From Raillietiella orientalis (taxonomy: Eukaryota), in contig JAYWIR010000012.1 in NCBI GenBank assembly GCA_036172245.1, positions 2,914,001 to 2,978,000 of the forward strand: DNA of 64,000 bases, written 5' to 3'. The stretch's first letter is position 1; the number at the start of each line of letters is the position of its first letter. Under the pieces are notes generated by a model. The model had not been told where the DNA came from. It did no database searches and saw nothing but the letters and a program-made list of their open reading frames with translations. Shown here piece by piece: positions 26,380 through 38,499 of this stretch. The position numbers and the translations under genes were made by a program.

Positions 26380-27475
26380 TAGGAGGAATTTGACAACTTC
26401 GCATCGAATCCTGAATGTAAATCCTGCTGAAGTGTCTTGTTCTCCTCTTCAAGCTTCACGTGGCGTCTCTTCGATTCCGTCACGATCTGTATCATGCATC
26501 TCGGATGCATCTTTTTCAACCATGCTTGTCAGCAATCCGTCTCTCTCTTCCGAGGAGACACCATCCCACTTTCACAACTGAAACAAGCGCAGTTTTGCCG
26601 TTGACTACAAGGTCGGAACGTGTTGCTCCTGCTCTGAACCAGCAACGAAATCTGCACTGGCACGTCCGCCGCCTCTTTCAGAGTATTCTGTGCTTCCACG
26701 CTGCGTGCAATCAAGGGTGCCACGCTTTACAGAAAATGAAAGCTCACCTCCACTCTCTGCCCATCACTTATGTGTCTCTCCAGCAGCCGTTCCACAACTG
26801 TCACTTTTCGCTTTAAGGAATGTTCCAATTCCTCCATTTTATGTGAGATGCGATCTTGAACAGATCTCGGATCAAGTCATGTGGAGGTAACTCATCTTTT
26901 GTAACAGTGGGAGCATCTTTCGAGAAACATTTATTCGTGTACTGCTACGCTCAGACACCCTTCCACCCTTGGAAACAAAATCTTTCTCCTTAATCTCATC
27001 CAATCTTGAGAATGGCATCCCGAAGAGGCGTTTGCGTTCTGCGAAGCTCCTTCCTGCATCAGGATTGGGATCGGTGAGGATACGCATGTGATCAAACACC
27101 CCGGTTGAATGCGTATCTCTTGAAAGCAGAACACGGTCCGACAGATCGCCATCCACATCTCCGATCCCAGCGACAGTTGCATTTGGGCACACGCCCTCAT
27201 TCGTTTTCCGAAAATGCCTCCGTGCAGCAATCCGCGCACCTCTTGCAGCGATGCCCACTTTCCCGTGGTCGCAACCTACTGATACAGCAGATGCGATCGC
27301 ATCGCCGAGCCAAAAAATGTATTCAGGGGCCATTTGCTTGGCACAATCAGGGAACAAAGCAACGTCCTTATCTGCCGCACCTACTAAGTATGGATCATCT
27401 TCATCATATCTAATTACTCTCCCTGGTGGAATTATCTTACCACCAGTTACATCACCAGTAATATCAAGCAGACAG
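26380..27475 (-). pseudogene. gdhB: Bacterial large NAD-specific glutamate dehydrogenase fragment, Wolbachia/Anaplasmataceae-like horizontal transfer
   Basis: LLDIT..V..GKIIPP..VIRYDEDDPYLV.AADK, FWLGDA.AS..SVG.DH, GIGD..GD and DPNPDA.RSFAERKRLF. After frameshifts: NGGIGTFLKAKS (~26803-26838), LDCTQRG..EY, SDLVVN.K (~26595-26618) and GVSSEERDGLLTSMV. Confidence 0.93.
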
Positions 27476-27524
27476 GGGTCTCGTTCGAAACCGGGAACGC
27501 CGGAATCCCGAAAGATCATAGGAA

Positions 27525-27815
27525 AAAAAAATAACATATATGCTTTATTCTATGTGGATTCCTATACAAATTTATTTTAATGTACCGAGTTTTCCTATTT
27601 ATTAACACATGTTATTAGCAGACATATTCGTTGGGATTCAGCGCTACATGCATTTTATTAATATAATTCATAAGCTGATTGATTATGTTGTTGATATATA
27701 CATTAAAGATGATAACAAATGTACATTCTTATTGCACAGATTCATGTAAAGATTGATACATGGATTAACATACATCATGAAGATTATAAAAAATAAATTT
27801 ATGCAAGGGCATGCA
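27525..27815. other. AT-rich island
   Basis: Sharp composition shift adjoining the GDH fragment. Confidence 0.8.
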
Positions 27816-27849
27816 ATGTGTTCCTGTTTATTCCAGCTCTGTGATCAGA

Positions 27850-29350
27850 TGGAGGTCTTAATGGAGAAAAAATCTTGGATTTGTGGGATAACACTGAAAG
27901 CTCATGAGCAGCTCCATCGATAGCCACAGTTCCTTTCGAAAGGATGAAAGCAAATCCAGAAACGGTTCAGCTGTTCTTATCCACTCTCTTGTGGAGAGGG
28001 ATCGCGCCGACGTAGCGAGGTGGTCAAACACTCTCAGGTCAGAAGCAGCAATTATAAAATAACAAATCAAACCATATCAACAGAGGGGGCATACAGACGA
28101 AGATTACTTTACCGTCACGTATCCGAAACGGTTGCAGAAGGACCTCGGAAGACTAAAGGAAACTTGAGAAGCTTTTCAGCTGGGACCTGGGAAGCTGACA
28201 AGGAAGAGCTGAGACGCCTGACAGATAAAGAAAGAAAGAACTAATGCAAGGAGTTGAGCAGTCGGCGAACTTCCGGTCAGAGAGAGAGAGAGAGAAAAGA
28301 ATTTTTTTTTTCTTCCTGGCAATCACTGCGGCCCGAGAAACTCCGTCGGATGTCGCCGACAAAACGATGCTTCAGCACTTAGCGACGCCACGATAATCTT
28401 CGTTAAGGAATGGATGGCGGGTCCGCCTAGACGCTCTGTCCTGAGCGGTGATTCTTCTATGAAAATCAGGAAATTAAGGAATCTCAGCGATGCTTCCGAG
28501 CTTGGTCAGATGATTTTCCTGGAAGCGAGGATCTGCGATCCGTAATTCCGGCGTTGTTCGGCCTAAAGCGTCGACCATCCATCTGTAGGTTGGGCTGTCA
28601 AGCAGGAAAACCTCGGTTTTAGTCCACGTCCTGAACCCCTCTGGTGCTGCGAGATGCGCTCAGATGAATGAAGATAAATTTCGTTCAGGGTGTGAATACC
28701 CTCACTGTGGAACTGTCACACGCCATTTCTATCATTCTCCGAGAGGGCTTGGATTTGACTTGACTTTTGAAGTGCCTCATTCCCCACGCTCGCCCACTGC
28801 CGTTTTTCGAGGGACACGAAAACCATTCCTGTAATCACAAGTCCCTTCTGGATTGCATCGTGATAATTAGAAAAGCCATTGCGAAAAACGGAAAAGGAGA
28901 TTGTCTTCAGTCAAGACGACGAGCAGTTCATCCCATCATTTCGCTGTAATTTCCATCCCGCAGCTTGAATTTCTCTTCTCTACTGCGCACTTCCCCTTTG
29001 GAAGCCATGCTAACCGCCATCCTGTTCAAGGTTGTCCCTTCCTGGAAAGTAAAATTCAGTCTCCCGGAGAGAAAAACTCAATAAGGACCACTCATACATT
29101 GTGATGTGTGGCATGGAAGAAAGGTAAAAACGGCCCATGCCGGAGAGTGGCACGATCTACCATCTGGTTCCCAGGGTCATAGCCCAGAAGGAAATGTCTC
29201 AGGAGATCAAGGAAAGCAGTGTAGAAATTCTTTATAAATTTGCAACAGAATGACGAATGACGAGATATCCTATCGGGGGGGGAGGCGAAAAATTTGCTGA
29301 GGGCAACTGTTGCAACCTTCGTTCTGTGCTCTCTTTTGGAACCTTGGCTG
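27850..29350 (+). mobile_element. hAT (ZMYM1/P52rIPK-like) transposase remnant
   Basis: AITAARETPSDVADKTMLQHL resembles SI..DET.D....QL; GQ.YDG.S.M.G-like and HC.AH.LNL-like segments follow in order. Confidence 0.4.
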
Positions 29351-29599
29351 CTTTCTGACAAAGACTTTCGAGCTCCCTGGTTCAGGATATGCGGCGGCCG
29401 CCAGCTACAGCTAGAAGAGCATCTGGAATTACTGTAGGCCGGATGAGAGGGTGTCCGGAGAGTCCCTCCAATAGTGCGTCTGCAAGGTCAGACCATTCTT
29501 TCCCCACTTTACCTTCCTGGGTTTTCTTCTCTCTCTCCTCTTTTCTGGGATTTTTTGGGATTTCATGGGATGGATGATGCTCTACGCGTCTCCGAGAGA

Positions 29600-30330
29600 G
29601 AGTTCGTCTTCCGAATCTGGATGCAACATCTGCATTGTCTGCTGCCAGTAGGAAAAGCAAAGTTCCCACGAAAATGTGGAAAGTTTCAACAGTTTCAACC
29701 CCCATGGAGGCTGAGGAATTGTCTGATTCTCTTCATTCCGAGCACTTCGTTTTCCGTTGCTTCCCAGCTCCAGGAGTTGGTCAACTTCCAATAGATCTCG
29801 GATGCTGCCAGCCAATTCTTGTCTTGCAATTTCTCGAAAGTCTCGCAGACCCTACTGAGTGCTACTTAATAATTCCGAAATCCTATTGGCGATCAGAACC
29901 TCATCCTCGTCCAGGGAGCGACCTTGCTAAGATTGCAAGACTTTCTTTCCATCTCCCTTAAACCGATCACTTCCCTTGTGCCATACCTCGACGTGGCAGC
30001 AAGCGAAGCATTTTACTCTCTCAGTTTGTGCCACCACAAGGTGTCTCCGGGACCTTAGGTGACCTTGAGAAACGTCAGAGAGCGTTCAGAAATGCGTGCA
30101 CTTCCCGAAATTGCCCTCTCCCCCCTCCAGTTCTGACCTCCGAGTTCGCTTATGTTCCAGGAGAAGAAAAGAGCATCAAGGGGGATTAAGGCAGAGCACG
30201 AATCCCGGAAGTCCCTGGATCTCCCGAACATGCTCAGGTAGTTGCTGGGAGAGCAACCTGCGAGGATGCTAACCCAGTGGAAACGAGGTTAGGGAGCGGT
30301 GCGAAAATTACCAGGGCACCTTCTAGGAAG
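29600..30330 (+). mobile_element. LINE endonuclease remnant
   Basis: YWRSEPHP resembles D.WR..HP; TDH resembles SDH. Confidence 0.35.
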
Positions 30331-33139
30331 CACCATTTCCGGAGGTATTAGCAGCCGGGGTGAGGGGTGAGGTGAGGAAAGAAGGGTGAGGGGACGGAAA
30401 ACGAGCCGACGGCACCGTTTGATTTCCACTTTTTGGGTGGGGGTTGAGGTTGGGTTGGGGGGAGTGAAAGCGTAGGAAGGGAGTGGGGACCATGTCTTGA
30501 GAAGGTACGGAAGACGCGTGCCTTCGCGGAGTGAGGCTCGGTTCCAACGGGAGCTCTTGCAGCAGTGGGGCTTGCGATTCTTCGCTTTTCCTCCGGAAGG
30601 TTGTCTCTATCTTCTGAAGTCACTCCCTCCCCGACAAGAAGGATGAGCGACCCTTCCGCCGGCGCTCCTTTGGGGAGAGAACAGTCGCTCATTTCCTACT
30701 CGCTCACCTCCGGAGTGTAGATTCTCCCTCCCACCTTCCTCATCCCGACTTTTGACTGCCGAGATGGCGGCCACCGTCCCTCTCCCGGGACACTTGCCCT
30801 GTTCCTTCCCGGAGGAAGACAAAGGAGGAATTCTGTATGCAGGCATGGTCAAGGAGCTTCCCTTTTTCCCGTTTTCAGCAGAGAGCGCTCCTTAAGCTCC
30901 TCGGAAGGATTCCACGGGAGAAAGGGAGGAAGGGGGCCCCGTTTCGGAGAGAGGTTACATGGGCTGCACTGACGAGAACCTCCAGAGCCTCCCTGCCTTT
31001 CCTGCCTTCCTTCTTCCCAGAGTGCCGCCTGGATCGATGAGGCGGCGATGAGCAGGCGGACCGAATCCCCGCAGATGCGGAGGAAACGAGGGGCGCCGCT
31101 CTCCCCTCTCCTTCCGAGAATTCAGGCTGGCCGGGATTCCGGGAAACCCTCGGATCCGTCTGGGACTGCTTCTGAGACGTATCCCGTCTCCCGAATGCTC
31201 CCCCTTCCCTTTACTCCGTCCCCTTTTGCTTCCCATGAACCTGCCCAGTGCCTTCCCGGCATGGAAACTAGACACGATTTTCCTTGCTAGGTAGAGGCGA
31301 GCCACGCATGAGGCAATCGAAGGGAAAAAGGAGGGAGGAAGGGGGGGCGCTCGCGGTCCCGTTCTCCTTTGCTTTCCATCTTCATCCTCCCCCTTCCTTC
31401 CTTCCTACTCCTCCCCTTCCTTTCCTCCTTCTCCTCACTACTTCCTCTCCCACCTTTCATCTCCTGTTCTTCCTTTTCGTTCCTTGAACGTCGATCCTGA
31501 GGTCACGAGAGGAAGTCTGGGGTCAGGGTTGGGTCGAGGAAGCTTCGAGTCCTTTTGGCTCTCCTTCCAGACCGTTCTGCGCTGCTCCACAGGGGAAAGC
31601 GTGGACATAGCAACCGTTCGCCACCTCCTTTTCTCGGGAAGCTTCCTGCTCCGAAAGGGACAGGGAAGAAAGGAGTTCTCCCTCCCTCCCTCCCTCCTAC
31701 CCTTCCTCCTCCCTGTTCCTGCTTTCTGCGTGTCGAGGCACAGAGCCTGCTGAAAGTGATCCGATGCAAACTACTGGAAAGAATACGGGGGGTCGTCGGC
31801 ATGAGGCCACCGAAGACAAGGAGCGAGCTGGACGCGCCCTTCCCCTGGCAGGTTGCCGTCATCTTCCTCACAAGCGATGTCGCCCGCTGGAGTGGGAGGT
31901 AGCACGGACGCACTGAGAGATCTCCTGCAGGAGGACGCTGCCCGGGTGCTGCACAGGACGCAGCGGTTCCGGACTGGCGGCCCTCCACCAGCTTGGATAC
32001 GGGTCCAGGCGTCGGCTGCCTTCCTGCTGCCATGCGCCGCTGCCGGTGATGTGGAGGAAGTTCCATTTGCCTCTGGAAGGGAAGCCCGGAGGCCCCATCT
32101 TGTCTGACCTGCCGGTTCTTGCGCTCGGAGAAAGATGGCGCGCGCAGAGGAGGCATCGGTATTGCGCCACAGCGGTGTTGATAGCCCGACTTTTGACTGC
32201 CGTCATGGCGGCCACCGTCCGTCTCCTGTGGCTGATGAAGTTCTGCGTGCAGTCCGGGTTCCGCACGGGAACACTGAAGTCTGGGGAAGAAAGGGGGAGG
32301 AGAATGCTCCCGAGTAGTAAAAAAGGAGCCTGACATCAGCATCTGGCAAGCGGGGAAGCGGTTGTGAGGTTCATCGAGCTCCTCGGCCTGCGAAGTGCTC
32401 TCTGGTGGTACACCGCCACCCTTTCTTAGTGGGCGACCCGCGTTCTCTCGAAGGTGCACTCGGAGATCGCCTGCTCTCCCCTCAAGGAGGGGTGGAGAGG
32501 GGATGGAGGAAGCAAAATGTGACAGAAAGGTCATCGTCATCCTGATCGCTCCCGGAATGAGACGACGGTGGAACACGGGAAGGCACCCCAGCTGATGAAC
32601 GGGAACTACGTCGGAACCAGTGCATTCAGGGAGCAGGACCGGCGGGCGAACCGGGAGTGAGGAGGAATTCTCGAACCCGGCCGTCTACTGGCTCCCATTC
32701 GCGCCGCTCCCTTCAGGGCTCGTAGAAGGAGCGCAGCTGCAGGAAGAGGAGGGACGGGAGGTGGGTGTGCGGCGGCTCGTGACCCACCAGCCGGACCTCG
32801 AAGCCCGTGGCTTTCCAGTGGAGCTCGCGAGGACGGAAGAGTTCTGGAGACCGCAGGTGCAGGTTCGTAGGCGGAGGGCCATTCCAGAGAGCCGATCGCG
32901 CGCCAAGGAGGCGGGAGGCGGGGAAGGGAGCAGAGGCAACGCTGGAACCTGCATCTAGGAGCGTCCGGAGCGAGTGGACAATAGGGGAGGCAACGGGGCG
33001 AGGCATCCAGCAACAGGGCGAGGAGTCGCTTTGAAAGCTGCTCCCACGAGAGAAGAACGTGCAACGGATGCTGAGCATCCCAGCGGGTCTTCAGCCTCAC
33101 TCCGGGGGCGCCGCTTCCCGCGTTCTCCGAAGAGCAGCA

Positions 33140-33239
33140 GGGAAGCGGCGAGCCTCCATCGCCGGAGCGACTTGCTGGAGCGTGGGAAGCGGCGAGCCTC
33201 CATCGCCGGAGCGACTTGCTGGAGCGTGGGAAGCGGCGA
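33140..33239 (+). repeat. Perfect 44-bp tandem duplication (2.3 units)
   Basis: GGGAAGCGGCGAGCCTCCATCGCCGGAGCGACTTGCTGGAGCGT twice, plus 12 nt. Confidence 0.97.
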
Positions 33240-34899
33240 TGCATGGCTGCGCACGAGCACCCGTCTGCGTGGGCGGGGCGAGGGAGAGGAGAAGGAGGAG
33301 GAAAGAACAGTTCCATCCCTTCGTCTTATAGGAGGGTCCTCAGGTTCGCTTCCGGCGCTCCTCTGAGCCTCTAAGAACGCCGAGCTACTGGACGACTGGC
33401 TTCCTGCAAGGGGTGCGGGAGTCTCCCATTCCCGGTGTAGGAACGTCCTGGTGGCGGGAGAGCACCTCCGGGGCTGGCCCCGTACGCAGAGGGCAGGTTG
33501 GGTGACTGACGCGCTGCTCCATCCTTCCTCCCTGTGGCGCACGCTACCGGAGAGGGTAATTGCATCCCGGAAGTGCCAGGAAGCTCGCTTCCTCCCTCTC
33601 CCCTTCCTCTCCCTGTTTCATATTCCGGGAATGCAAACAGGAATCGCAGAGGCTTTCAAGGATTTTTCGAAGATCGATATGCCTGTCATGCAACTGCCTC
33701 CTCTGGTTTCCTCTAGACACAGCGTGGGACGCTGGAGTCCCAAGGCAGGAACAGAGGACCGAGTCTCCTACTGGCGCATTCCAGGGGGGCAGTACTCCTT
33801 TCTCGTCCACCCCTCTTCTAAAGGGGGACCGGAAGAAGATCCCCAGGCTCCTCCAGGAATGCAGATGTCGGACGGAGCCACGGCTGATAATCGAAGCTTG
33901 GAGCTCCTGTCCGGTTCGCCCAACCCATGGAAGGGGTACTCGGGGATGAACGCGTGGAGACGAGACCTCAGGGGCGAGCAGCTCACACAGCCGGAAGCGC
34001 ACCAGCAGCAGCGAGCCCCCCTTCCCCAGATTCGCCTCTTTCCTGGATTCTCTGGATGCCCCGTGTCCTCATCCGCTCGGCTCCTCCATTCTTGGCAGCC
34101 GTCGCGCCGATGGCCATCCATCTCTCCATCCGTCCTCCCTATCTTCTCCCTCCCCCTACTCCCCTCCTTCTCCCTCTGCTAGCCCAAGGGAACCCGAGCA
34201 GCCTGCTCCGAGCTACGGCAGTCCCGTTTTCCTCCCTCCCACTTCGGTTCGCCGGAGCCACCGCGACTCTCCGGCAGCCTCCTCAGGTAGCTCACAGGAT
34301 TCAAGTGCCTCGCGTCTCGTGAGGAAGGTGCACTTGGCTGTCGAAGCCTGCCCCATCCTTTCACCCTGTGAGGAATCCGTGCAAGTTTGCAAACAGCAGG
34401 GAACTGCCGGGAACGAAATGCCCTCCCTGGATGGAGCATCTTCCCACCTTCTCCGGAGGAGCATGGAAACCCTTCCTCCCTTCCTTTCTCCTCCTCCTTT
34501 TCTCCTCTCCACTTCCTCTCCCTCCCATCTTACTTCTCTTCCCTTTCTCCTTCCCCTTCCATCAAGCTATCGATTTCTCGTGGAGGCAAGGAAGAGGCAC
34601 GGTGAATCTCAAGGAGTAAAAGCCTCTCGTTGGTTTCCGCGTAAGGACGGGGGAGGGGAACATATTTTCTTCGTTGGAAATGAAGAGAAGGAGAAGACAA
34701 AAAAAGAAGGATTTTTTCATTTGTCTTCTTTCTCTTTCTGGGTTGTTCCCTGATGGTGCCACCTGTTGAACTTTGGTGCGTCATTCCCAAATGTTCGTTT
34801 TCCCATCCTGTGCAAAAGGATGCCAAGTTTCTAAGGGATTAATCACACTGCTTCCCCCTTTGCTCCCCATCCCCAAATAATGCTCTCAGAGAAATGATC

Positions 34900-35900
34900 A
34901 GGACTCCCTATGGTTCTATGGAAAATTCCAATCCAATGAAATCACTTCATTCTCTGCCATTTATCACGGGACGGACGGATCCTTCGTTCGAATCGAAAAG
35001 GAGTGAAGGATCGTCTTCCCGCCTGAAAACGAGGAGAAGGGGACTGAGAAAGGCAGAGGGAAGGGCAAAAGAGGACTTCAAGGTGCGTCCCATCTGATCT
35101 TCCTGTGTAATTACCTAGGTTAATCCTTAATGCTGTCACGGGCTCCTGGGCTCTTAGCAACCAGACCAACAAAGAGTGGCAGCAGGAGTCTCTTTTCCGA
35201 AGAAGGGTCGGGATGTGAGCAGCCGCTGCTCAAGATCGTGCCCACGCCCCCTTTCCTCCGGCATCTCTTGCGAGGAAAGAATCGGAAGCAACTAAGGGCA
35301 ATAAGTGGGGTCGCGGAGGAACACATCTGGCGGATTCCCCGAGCGGCGACCGGCGACGTGGCGCGCAATCTCGGGGTGGCGAAGGGAAGGGGGGGGGGGA
35401 GTAAGAGAAATCCTGAATCCTGGAAGGCAATTTCTATGCGAAGCGGGAGTTCCAAGCGAAAGGAAGCCGTCAGGGAACGTCTCCGACTTCCGGGACTGAA
35501 ATGGACTCTCGCCGATGGGACAGCTTGGAAGAATCCGAGTCGCTCCTCTCTAGACCAAGACGAAGCGGGGCGGAACCGTCCGTGCGGTCTCCATGAAAGC
35601 GATCACGCCGCTTCCGTCTTCTGAGACTGCCATTCTTCTGCAGAGTTGAAAGGAAGAGTGGTCTCCCACCCTCGGAGCTCCGCCCTCGTCTCTCACCCGC
35701 GTCACCCATCCCCTCCTCATCTGAGAGAACGCGACCCTACCGCCGGCTGCCGGAGATGTGGAGAAGAAGACTGTGTAGGGCGGGTAGTTCCGCACGATGA
35801 TCAGCAGAGAACCGCTTCGAGTCCCGGAAGGAGAAGAGCCGAGAAGGTCCAGACGCGAGAGAGGCTCCTGGGTCCTCTACGCGAAGGTGTAGGTGGGAGT
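34900..35900 (+). mobile_element. L1/Tx1 ORF2 3' remnant
   Basis: RRRGLRK resembles GGLGL; WKAI......KRKE; PCGLHESDHAASVF*DC resembles the CCHC finger. Confidence 0.5.
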
Positions 35901-37039
35901 GGCTCCACTTCACACTCTCGATGACTCACGGGAGAGCAAAGAGCGAGGCCGCGGAGGAAACTTTGCGAGAAAAAGAGGAGAGATGCTGGGAACGACTTCC
36001 GGGAAACGGGAGAGGCACTCGCAGCTTCCGAAAGCGGGGAGATCGAGAGCCTGCCTCTCCCTTGGAGACCGTCCTCCGGAATGTCTCGTTCCCCTTGCTT
36101 TCCCGGCCATGCGGGAGGGTTCGTTCGGCCTGCCCCACAGGAACGCCAGGCGCTGGAGTCGTCGGAACATCCTTCTGCCTGTGAGGGATCTTCCAGGGGC
36201 CCTGGTCGCTCAGGCCCGGTGGGAGAGGATCTTCCGGGTGGAATCTCCTCACAGTTGCACTTTTTCGTCCTTCTTTCCCTTCCGTCCTCCCCCTTACTCT
36301 TATGTCCAAATGGACGTCCTCCTTCCCTTGGGGAGGAAACGGTCCATGGGGGATCCCCTGGAGGAGAAATCCCCATTCGAATAAGCAATCCATGAATCTG
36401 CACGGTGAAGCAAGAGCGTCCCTGGAAGGAACCGGGAGAGTCAAGCAAGCGGGTCCATGGGAAGCCTTGGGTCCGGTTCCCCTCTTCAGCTTTGCCTGAC
36501 CGGAGAGCGCTTGCGGGAATCCCCGAATCCGCGTTCCTCTGCATCCCTTTCCGCCATCTCGGATCCACGCTGACCCCATGCACTGGCCACGCTAATCCAG
36601 TTCGCAGGAAAGAGGTTCTGCGGAGGAAAAGGTGGAGGGAAATCATCTCTCGGGGCCGACCAGGGTCGCTCCCTCAGCACGCCGAAAGTACAAAGGTTGC
36701 TTTGGGAGTCCTGCAGAAGAAAACGAGTAAGAGCCTCCGGGAATGTGGCTCCCACTTCAGGAGAGCTGGAGACATCCGAAGCAGAGGACGCGTTCTCACA
36801 GCTGACTCATCGGAAGCAGTGGAGAGGGAGCAGATGATGAAGTAGAGGCTTGTTGTCAACCCAGGTTCGCTTCCAATGGATGCTTTCTGCCTCGTGTCCA
36901 AAGGTCCCTGGACATCAAGCCTCGAAGAAAGAGAGGAAAGAGATTTCACGCGGAGACATTTAGAGGGGTGATAAAAGGGTCGCTGAAACATAACAGAAAT
37001 CCAGGATCCCCTTTGAAAGCGTACCTGATTGTGGGTACT

Positions 37040-37265
37040 CCTCATCTTACTGCTTTTTGTTTTTTTTGAACAGTAGAAAAGGTAGTAGGGGCAGGAAGTA
37101 GTGGACGAGGGGGAAGAGGTGAAGGCGGAGGAGGAAAGGATGAGGAAGGTAAGGAGGAAAGGAAGGAGGAAAGGAAGGGAGGAGAGAAGGAAGAGAGAAC
37201 GAAGAGGAAGGGAGAAAGAATGATAAAAAAGAGGAATATGGGAAAAGGGAGGGAGAGGAAAGTGC
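37040..37265. repeat. Purine-rich low-complexity tract (GGA/GAA)
   Basis: Directly visible; similar pyrimidine tracts at 31360-31485, 34470-34560 and 50570-50670. Confidence 0.85.
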
Positions 37266-37799
37266 GTGATTAAGCACACTCGCGACAGTCAGTTTCCTGT
37301 AGAAAAAGGACCTGGATATCTTCCAGAGAGGAAAGATGACCATCCGGCTCCTTTTCCCTTGATCTCCAGAAGGAGAAAGGAAATGGCGCAGAAGACAAAC
37401 ATAGAAGCACATCCGCGAATGTGACGGCGGGGGTGAAGCACTTGAAAGACGCCAAGGTGCCGGGGAGGCCTGGCGGTGGTCTCAGGGAAGCATTCGCGTC
37501 GACCTGCGGACGGTTTCGAAAAAACGAAAGAGAAAAGAGGGGGGGGGGAGAGAGCTGAGGAAGACGTGGATGTGTCGCCTCATATAGCAGAGGGAAAGTA
37601 AAGCGCTCCTTCTGCAAGAGAAAGGAAGAGGAGACTCATCGTAAGTCCAGCGCCCGCAGAGGTGGGAACAATTGAGGAAAGAAAGAGAAGGAGCAAGTTC
37701 CTTCTTTCGGTCAGTTAGAGAGGAAGTCCTGAACTCATCGGCAGAGAAAGCGTGGAAAGCAACTCTTCCTGCCTGTAGCTGTCCATTCTTTTCATAGAG

Positions 37800-38230
37800 C
37801 CCTTAGGGATTTTGTGAACTCGGATCGAATGCAGAGAGGTCCAGAGGATCTTAAGCCCTCCTTTAGGACAGTCTTCTCCAGAAACCATACAAGCAGCTTT
37901 CTCTGCAAGTTCACCTCCCCCCCTCGGCTGGTTTAACGGACTCTGCCACCTGAGTGACGACTTTGCCTTCCCTTACTTTTCTACTGATCAACGGCAAAAC
38001 GAAGAAGCATTCCCGATGTTTTCCCATTTCTTTCTGGAGAGTTATGATCCTCCACTTTTGCCCACCTACTCTCAAAGGGAGGTCTTCTTTCCTGCCAGAT
38101 TCAGAAACTTTCAGCCGGTGCGCGAGGCCGTTTCCGCTCCTCGTTATGAGGGCAACAAAGTTACAGAAATCTCTGCCCGACGGAGGGGTCTGTCCGACAG
38201 AGGAGACCGTCGATTTCAAATCACGATGAA
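37800..38230 (-). mobile_element. Possible Tc1-like transposase N-terminal remnant
   Basis: SESGRKEDLPLRVGGQK..IIT resembles ETG...D.PRSGR..K.T. Confidence 0.3.
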
Positions 38231-38499
38231 CAGGCTTGCGGCTTCCTCACGTGACTGGCGTCTTCGCATACCTGAGGATCGAACCACAAGAGATGGAACC
38301 CCAGGAATTGTTTACTTTTTATATTCACTTTTCACAGTAGTGTTCGAATGGGATTCTCCACAATTCCCATTAACTTGTAATTCCTCATGAAACGTTCTGG
38401 CAGCTTCTACTCCTTGTCACCGACAGACACGTCCCCAGTAGAGACCCGGCGGCGCTGGAGAAAGGCGCACACCATCATCCTCATTTTCATGCTTCCTGC

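Noticed and set aside
26529..26723. Cys-rich ORF resembling a gag zinc knuckle (CACFSCES)
   Set aside because: It is an alternative frame of the GDH pseudogene.
26872..27537. Functional GDH gene or bacterial contig
   Set aside because: Conserved residues are mutated, there are frameshifts, only a fragment is present, and the flanks are eukaryotic TEs.
31503..32576. Longest ORF (357 aa), and similar long ORFs such as 42101-43036 and 35801-36646
   Set aside because: R/P/G/S-rich with no recognisable domain; they are antisense or off-frame to TE remnants and expected where stop codons are scarce.
33140..33239. CRISPR-like array
   Set aside because: Contiguous tandem units with no spacers and no cas genes, in a eukaryotic context.
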